Assembly (NCBI GenBank): GCA_934096035.1
Contig: CAKOKX010000002.1
Coordinates: 51,480-115,479 of the forward strand
Origin: an uncultured Bacilli bacterium
Lineage (GTDB): Bacteria; Bacillota_I; Bacilli_A; RF39; UBA660
Reading direction: 5' to 3'
Length of the DNA: 64,000 nucleotides
Shown here one piece after another: positions 40,411 through 47,266 of this stretch (positions are counted from its first letter, which is position 1; each line of letters begins with the position of its first letter). The translations under genes and the position numbers were made by a program. Under the pieces are notes generated by a model. That model made no database searches. It had not been told where the DNA came from and saw nothing but the letters and a program-made list of their open reading frames with translations.

Positions 40411-42894
40411 TCATTCTTCTAGAATTTTAAAATCTTTTACATCACCTTTATCAAAATCATAATCAATCCATATAATAGCATTTTTAGTACCAGATAAATT
40501 CCAAACATACCAACTTAAATACATTTTATCATTTATAATAATTGGTTCTACATAATAATTATAATAATCATAATTAATATCTTTTTTTAAATTATCTAAA
40601 AAATTTAATTCATAATCATAATTATTTAATTCTTTATAGTATTTTGAATTATCAGCATTCATAAAATCCAGCATTGGTTTAAGTAAAAAAGCAAACTTTT
40701 TATCACTTAAATAATCTTCCTTAATATTTTTCTTATATAAATCAATTAATACATCTAATAAATAACCTGTATGTTTATAAGTTATATCTAAAGATGTTGT
40801 ATCACTTAAAGCATTAAGAACATTCATAACAATTTTTTCATCATTAAATCCATCATATAAAACTTTAACAAAATAATTAGTATCATCATAATACCATTTA
40901 TTTAAAGCACTTGAACCATAAATATACTCTAAAGCCTCAAGATAATATGTACCAAAACTATAAGCACTAACATTTTTAGTAAAATACTTTGAAGCAAATA
41001 TTTCAGCTCCTGCTTCTGTAATATAATTAGTATATGCAAAACTTACATACTCACAATTATCTGGTATATTTAAAATAGCATCATATACATCAACTTTATT
41101 ATCACATCTATATAAAGTTGTACTTTGTTTATTATTAAAAGAAAAATCTACGAAATGTATAAGTTCATGATATAAAACACTATCTTTATCCGTTACTAAA
41201 TCAATTCTTGTATCAAAGTCTTGATAAGTTCCAAAGGCTTTTCCATCCTGTAAAATATCAGCTTTGTTAATATTCAAATAACCAAGTTTATGTAAAAAAT
41301 AGAATTCATCTAAATATTCTTTCTTATCCACTACAATTTCAAATATATCATAAACCTCTTTTTTATAATCAAGTAGCATATTATTATTTTCTACAATATA
41401 AGCATATTTTTTTAATAATTCTTCATTTTTATTTATTTTTAATTCTATCTTTTCTAAATCATATTTGTCTATAATATCATCTAAATCTATGTCATAAAAA
41501 ACATCAAAATTAATCTTTTTTATCTTATTATTTCCAAGTTTTATTATATATGTTTTATATAATGTTTCTAAAATTATATGTTCATCATTTATTTTAATAT
41601 TTACAAAAATCTCATCTATAATTTCTTTTCCATCTTTATATAAATAATGTTCATTTGCATTTTTAAATACATCACAATAACCATTATTATAGCAATTTAT
41701 ATTATAAAACCCTTTCGCTATTTCATTTAAATTATTATCCAAAAAATAATATTTAAAGCTTTGATAGTCATAACCACTATATACATTATTAGTTAAATAA
41801 CTTATATTTATATTTTCATTAATATTTAATTGTTTTAAAGATTTATCATAATATTTATAAGTTGTACCATCACCAAGTAAATCGAAAACTGCTGCTACTT
41901 TAATATAATCACCTTCTAAAGTAATTTCTCCTCCACTAATTTCTTTATCTTTATAAAAAAGTATATAATTATCTGTATCAATGCCTAAAATAGCATCATC
42001 AAATAGAATTTTATAAGCATACATACATTTATCAACAACAATTTTGTCGTTATTATCTTTTAATTTATAACCAGTTTGGCATTTATCTTTAGACATTTTA
42101 TATTTATTATTTATTTTAGTATTATCTTTATAAATTTTATCTCCATCTATATAATAAATAATATTATTATAAGTAAATATATTATATTCTGCATAATTAG
42201 TATTATCATAAGTAATACCTTCATATAAAACTTCTTTAGTTCTAGTATCAATTAAATAACCTTTATTATTTTTAGTAAATCTAAAATAAGTCATTCCTTC
42301 ATCGTTATTATATAAAGAAGAATTTTCAAAATTACTCCATAACACTTTTTTATTAATTAAATCAACAACTATACTTTTACTTTTCTTTTCATAAGATTCA
42401 ATAATTAATAGATCATTGCCAAATTCTGCAAAATATTCAAAATTTCCAGTAAAATCTAATACATATATTTTATTTAAATTATTATCATAAATAGCATTAT
42501 CCACCAAAACATATTTATTATCATTAGCAACTTTTATTTGAGTTCCATTTATTAAAATTTCTCCATCTTTATTTATTATTTTTTTGATATTTTTATTAGT
42601 TACAATTATAAACCTTTTATCAAGTATTTCATAATTAGTAAACTCTTCAGTATACTCACTAATTATATTATCATTAAAATCATATATAACTAATTTATTA
42701 CCTTCATCTTTAACATAAAAATTTTCTCCAACACTAACATTAATATTATTTATTACAGTAACACTTTCAAATCCTAATACTTTTTCTTCATTTATACCCC
42801 TTTTGTCATTAAAAACAATATAAATAGTCACAAAACTCCATATTACGAATAAAACTAAAGTACTAATTAACAATCTCTTTTTATTCTTTTTCAT
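40411..42894 (-). CDS. large membrane-anchored hypothetical protein with an HExxH motif
   Basis: 827 aa from the ATG at 42894 (MKKNKKRLLISTLVLFVIWSFVTIYIV). The N-terminal half has repetitive beta-strand-like segments. LYHELIHFVDF appears in the C-terminal half. Confidence 0.6.
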   Translation of the reverse strand: MKKNKKRLLISTLVLFVIWSFVTIYIVFNDKRGINEEKVLGFESVTVINNINVSVGENFYVKDEGNKLVIYDFNDNIISEYTEEFTNYEILDKRFIIVTNKNIKKIINKDGEILINGTQIKVANDNKYVLVDNAIYDNNLNKIYVLDFTGNFEYFAEFGNDLLIIESYEKKSKSIVVDLINKKVLWSNFENSSLYNNDEGMTYFRFTKNNKGYLIDTRTKEVLYEGITYDNTNYAEYNIFTYNNIIYYIDGDKIYKDNTKINNKYKMSKDKCQTGYKLKDNNDKIVVDKCMYAYKILFDDAILGIDTDNYILFYKDKEISGGEITLEGDYIKVAAVFDLLGDGTTYKYYDKSLKQLNINENINISYLTNNVYSGYDYQSFKYYFLDNNLNEIAKGFYNINCYNNGYCDVFKNANEHYLYKDGKEIIDEIFVNIKINDEHIILETLYKTYIIKLGNNKIKKINFDVFYDIDLDDIIDKYDLEKIELKINKNEELLKKYAYIVENNNMLLDYKKEVYDIFEIVVDKKEYLDEFYFLHKLGYLNINKADILQDGKAFGTYQDFDTRIDLVTDKDSVLYHELIHFVDFSFNNKQSTTLYRCDNKVDVYDAILNIPDNCEYVSFAYTNYITEAGAEIFASKYFTKNVSAYSFGTYYLEALEYIYGSSALNKWYYDDTNYFVKVLYDGFNDEKIVMNVLNALSDTTSLDITYKHTGYLLDVLIDLYKKNIKEDYLSDKKFAFLLKPMLDFMNADNSKYYKELNNYDYELNFLDNLKKDINYDYYNYYVEPIIINDKMYLSWYVWNLSGTKNAIIWIDYDFDKGDVKDFKILEE

Positions 42895-42895
42895 A

Positions 42896-43123
42896 TTATT
42901 TATTCCCCATATAATAAAGTCTTTCATTTAAATTATTTGCCACAAAATCTATTTCATCATATTCTTCATCATCTAAAAAAGAATCATCTAAATATCTATC
43001 AATAAGAAGTAATACTTCAGCTAAAGTCTTACATTTTGTTACATCAATATTACATTTATTTAATACACTAATTTCATAATCATTAATAACTATATTATCC
43101 CCATATTTTTTAAGTTCATCCAT
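42896..43123 (-). CDS. small acidic hypothetical protein
   Basis: 75 aa. Its stop lies 1 nt before the start of the 827-aa gene. Confidence 0.45.
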   Translation of the reverse strand: MDELKKYGDNIVINDYEISVLNKCNIDVTKCKTLAEVLLLIDRYLDDSFLDDEEYDEIDFVANNLNERLYYMGNK

Positions 43124-43134
43124 ATCTTATAACC

Positions 43135-43386
43135 TCACCTTAATTCTATCACATCATAACAAAAAAATATAGGTCTTTTTATTTCATAAACACCTAAATC
43201 AGTTTTGTCTGCTATAACTTGAAAAGTAAAATTAGTATTATTAAAAAAATTAATAGCTATTTCAATTGAGTTTCTTCTTTTTACTCCAACCTCATAAACA
43301 TCTTGTTTTATTTTTTCTTTGTCATAAAACAAAAGATCATCAATGTTTACTTTTAAACAATTAGCACCTTTTAACACTTTCGACAA
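43135..43386 (-). CDS. small hypothetical protein (TTG start)
   Basis: 83 aa ORF. The only in-frame start is TTG and no clear RBS was seen. Confidence 0.3.
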   Translation of the reverse strand: MSKVLKGANCLKVNIDDLLFYDKEKIKQDVYEVGVKRRNSIEIAINFFNNTNFTFQVIADKTDLGVYEIKRPIFFCYDVIELR

Positions 43387-43457
43387 AAAATATCAAAGCA
43401 TTTAATTATCCAAAAAATATGCCAAAAAAATAAAGACCATTAAGGTCTTCATATACA

Positions 43458-43832
43458 TTATTTTACTTCAATATATTTTTTATTTTTATCTTCATTTGCT
43501 TTTGAAACGCTTATTGTTAAAATACCATCTTTAAATTCTGCTTCCATAGTATCTTCATCAATATCTTCTAAATGAAAACTTCTTTCAAGTCTTCCAAACA
43601 TTTTTCTTTCTCTATGTAAATATTTTTTATTATCTTCATGTTTTTCATGATGTTCTGCTTTAACAACAATATTTCCTTTATTGCATTCAACTTTTATATC
43701 TTTCTTGTCATAGCCTGGAACATCCATTTCAATAAACACTTTATTATCTTTTTCAAAGATATCACATTTCATCTTATTTTCTTTTTCAAAATCACTTAAC
43801 ATATCATCAAAAAACATTCTACTTGGTAACAT
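43458..43832 (-). CDS. Hsp20/alpha-crystallin small heat shock protein
   Basis: Alpha-crystallin domain (MDVPGYDKKDIKVE...DGILTISV). I prefer the ATG at 43832, which lies 9 nt after AGGAAG. Confidence 0.88.
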   Translation of the reverse strand: MLPSRMFFDDMLSDFEKENKMKCDIFEKDNKVFIEMDVPGYDKKDIKVECNKGNIVVKAEHHEKHEDNKKYLHRERKMFGRLERSFHLEDIDEDTMEAEFKDGILTISVSKANEDKNKKYIEVK

Positions 43833-43917
43833 AAATATCATCTTCCTTTCATATTTTCAAATCTTTACTATTACTTGAAAATGTTTTTTTTTGTTAATCT
43901 TCTCAATTAACACTACC

Positions 43918-43959
43918 ATTATATTACTAATATTAGCACTTGTCAATAGCAAGTGCTAA
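43918..43959 (-). promoter_or_regulatory. promoter overlapped by a CIRCE-like (HrcA) operator
   Basis: TTAGCACTT-N9-AAGTGCTAA (43933-43959) compared with the consensus TTAGCACTC-N9-GAGTGCTAA. On the minus strand, TTGACA (43941-46, inside the N9 spacer), a 17 nt spacer, then TATAAT (43918-23). Confidence 0.75.
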
Positions 43960-43974
43960 TATTTCACAAAAATT

Positions 43975-46371
43975 TCACTTTTGAATACAATAACCAAAAT
44001 TAGAACTTAATTTTTTTGATGAACTACAAATTGGTGGATCAAATACCCTCTGGCAAGAATAATATGAACCTATTTTAAATTTAGTATTTAATGTCCAACC
44101 ACTATCACAACAATAATTAGTTCCTTCAACAATAACTTTATTACCCCATGCACTTTTAGGACAAGGTACTTCTAAATTTTTATCAGCAATATTATATAAT
44201 GCTAAATCATTATAAACACATTTATATTTATCTGTTGTAATATCATAAAATTTATATCCGCCATAACACTCTGATAATTCTGTATTATAATTTATTTTTT
44301 CTGAATTACTATAATTCTTACAAACCGCATGCCCAATTGCAGACACAGAACATTCATTATACTTATTACATGCTTTTACCCAAAAATAGGTATCTCCGGT
44401 TCGATTAAGGTTAGTACGCATTCCTATACATCTCGCTGGCATAGGATCTCCTTTCTTCAATCCAGAACAACCAGGAATCCAAGAAGAAGAACTCACACTT
44501 GGTGCAGTTTTATTGGTAGTAGCAGCATACCACGTTCCTATAGAAAGCGCAATAAAATTAGTATTTGCTGATAAAAAATATCTTCCAGTTGAACAATCAT
44601 ATGAAACATCATGCTCTGCAGAGGCAGGAATGTCTCTATCAATTTGCACTCTATAAGGCCCACCTTTTCCAATATTACCAACTGCATCTTTTGCAAAAAC
44701 ATAATAATATGCATATTCATTCCAAGTAATATCTCTACTAACATTCAAAGTCTTCGTAGTATTAACATCAATCCATTTTTGTGGTGTTTCATAACCTGTA
44801 ACAGCATATGCAACAATTCCTGATTTACTATCTGTTATTTTCGCAGATAAAGTGTAATCTTCTCAAATAGTTTTATATGTTAAATCAGTAGATGTTAATG
44901 TTATAACTGGGGCATCATCATCCAAATTTATCATATATTTACTTATTCCTGAACATGTATTATTAACAGTACAAGCTTTAACGTAAACATAAATTCCATA
45001 TTGAGTTTTCTTTGCAGTCATACTTGTTCCAGTACTTGAAAGTTTTGATGGATTAGTTCCATAATAATATATCAAATTTTGTGAACCTTGATTCGTACTT
45101 TTCCATGATAATGTATAATCTTTGTCATGATATGATCCACTTACTTGACCATCTGATGCACTTATTACTGGATTTGTCGGGATTGTATCTACATTTATTT
45201 TATAGCTACTTATTCCTGAACACAAATTACTTTCTCTTGTACACGCTTTTACATACATTATTACATTATATTGATCTTTCTTAGCTACTACTGATGTACC
45301 TTTATTTGTCATTTTACTCTTATCTGTTCCATAATAATATATTAATTCTTGAGTTCCATTATATGTACTTTTCCATGATAATATATAATCTTTACTATGA
45401 AAATTTCCACTTGTTATTCCATCTGATGCACTTATTATTGGATTTTCAGGCTTTGCATCTATCGTAGAAATCGTCATTACTTTTTCATTTTCATTTCCTG
45501 CTATATCTTTTACACATATTTTATAATTACCATTTGATTTAATAGTTATTTTATTATGTGTATTATAACCAGTACACTTAGCTGTTTCTCCAACTATTAC
45601 ATAACCTCCAACTCCAGACCCTAATCCATCACTTGCTACTATTTCTATTTCTTTACTTTCACTCCAATTTGTATCATATTTTATTTCATTTATTATCGGA
45701 GCTTTTTTATCTATATTTACTATTTGTGATGCCTCACTTACTTCATTATCTTTTGTTATTTTAGCTGTATAATTTATATTGGCTATCAAGTTTACATTTG
45801 TTTTTATAGTATCTTCTGTTGATGATATTCCCGTATTACTTTTCCAACTTATTTCATATCCAGATTCTTTTGTTATTCTCTTTCCATTTACAAATTTTAA
45901 CCCTATTGTTATATCATCTTTAAACCATTGTTCATTTTTTATATCATTACAATTATTTCCTACGACTTGACATATCACTAAGTTTTTTCTTCTTATATAT
46001 TCATTACATGTTGTACCATTTTTTCCTACATTACTTCCAAATTTTGCTTTATATTCTCCATCTTCCCAGACTAAATCTATTATATAACAATTCATTGATT
46101 CTCTAGTTACTGGATCATATATATCTGTTTCATCATCTGGTTTTATTAATCCAATCTTTATTAAGTCTTCTACACTTACTGCAGTGACATTTGTTTCATT
46201 AGCATATTCTATTGCTTTTGTTTCTAAATATGTTATTAAATTACTCTTTTCTTTTTCTAAAACACTATTTCTTATATTTATAAACACTGCTACTGATGCA
46301 GATATTAATATTGATAGTACTACCAACACTGCAATAAGCTCTATTAATGTAAATCCTTTCATATTTTTCAT
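43975..46371 (-). pseudogene. large modular type IV pilin-like protein (copy A), one reading frame interrupted by a single in-frame TGA
   Basis: N-terminus MKNMKG|FTLIELIAVLVVLSIL is a prepilin cleavage/methylation motif. Track ORFs 44863..46371 and 43975..44748 are in the same frame. Across the TGA (44863-65) the sequence reads ...TYKTI*EDYTLSAKITDSKSGIVAYAVTGYETPQKWIDVNTTKTLNVSRD..., which is colinear with copy B. Confidence 0.75.
45056..46371 (-). repeat. ~1.3 kb direct repeat, copy A (offset 3535 bp from copy B)
   Basis: Proteins are identical for aa 5-439. Antisense-frame track ORFs are also identical (45779..45970 = 49314..49505; 45081..45284 = the C-terminal part of 48508..48819; the starts of 46184.. 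and 49719..). Identity in a second frame argues for near-identity at the DNA level. I saw 2 nt differences, in codon 4. Confidence 0.85.
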
Positions 46372-46377
46372 GAATCA

Positions 46378-47235
46378 TTACTCCTCTGATACAGAACCAC
46401 TACTAATTGTAATACATCTCGTATAATTACCTAAATATTGTATTTCACTTTCATTTCCTGCCATATCAGTTGCATAGCTCCAAACATTATAAGTTTTATC
46501 ACAAGCTAAATCTTCTATTCTATCCTTAAAATCACTTTTATTAGGAGCTTCATTATTTTCTGAAAAATAATAATATTTTTTATTCAAAAAGTAATTATCT
46601 TCATATGTAACTAAAACTGAATCTTTCAAATTACTACTTTTATAAATCGGAGCTTCAACATCAACCATCACTTTAGTTTCTTTTACATAAGAAACATCAT
46701 CAAAATTAATCATTACATTTAATGTTGTATTAATATTATCAGTTATTTCCAATTCATTACTAACACTATTTACAGAACCATCAATACTATACCATTCTAC
46801 TGAATTTATATCTTTTTCTTTATAATATGAATTTCCATCATTTTTTAATTTAACTTTAATAGTACCGCCATTCTTATTCCATTCATTTAATTTAAAATTA
46901 TCACTAGTTATTAACTCAATAATAGGTCTTTTTGCTAACTCTTTCGATTTATCACAATCTGTTTCCTTTTTACTTATTTTATCATTATCAATAACATAAA
47001 TATCGCATATATTTTCATTTGTATTGGTTATATAACCATTTTCTAATAAAGCTTCTATACTAACTTCAGTTTCTAAAGTATCATTATAATAATCTTGAAA
47101 ATATTTACTTAACTCAGTTTTTTCTTTATTATTTTCACTTGGTTTATGATCAATATTTTTATATATTACTAACCCAATTATAACTCCCACAATAATGGCC
47201 CCACAAACAACAATTATTTTATTTTTCGTTTTCAT
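46378..47235 (-). CDS. membrane-anchored protein with a pilin-head-like segment and an Ig-like domain
   Basis: 285 aa. N-terminal TM without the G|FTLxE motif. SIEALLENGYITNTNENICDIYVIDND resembles SVEDLIKIGLIKPDDETDIYDP of the neighbouring pilin-like proteins. Also has VDVEAPIY and ATDMAGNES Ig-like motifs. Confidence 0.6.
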   Translation of the reverse strand: MKTKNKIIVVCGAIIVGVIIGLVIYKNIDHKPSENNKEKTELSKYFQDYYNDTLETEVSIEALLENGYITNTNENICDIYVIDNDKISKKETDCDKSKELAKRPIIELITSDNFKLNEWNKNGGTIKVKLKNDGNSYYKEKDINSVEWYSIDGSVNSVSNELEITDNINTTLNVMINFDDVSYVKETKVMVDVEAPIYKSSNLKDSVLVTYEDNYFLNKKYYYFSENNEAPNKSDFKDRIEDLACDKTYNVWSYATDMAGNESEIQYLGNYTRCITISSGSVSEE

Positions 47236-47266
47236 ATTTTCCTCCTCACATTATATTTTAACTACA

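Noticed and set aside
44863-44865. TGA read as Trp (Mollicutes-type genetic code 4) or as selenocysteine.
   Set aside because: Conserved genes in the window (uvrB, tex, sufB, sufS and others) are full length under the standard code and use TGG for Trp. The GT4 gene ends in TGA inside its terminator hairpin. I saw no obvious SECIS-like hairpin immediately 3' of the TGA, and the aligned region in copy B has neither Cys nor Trp.
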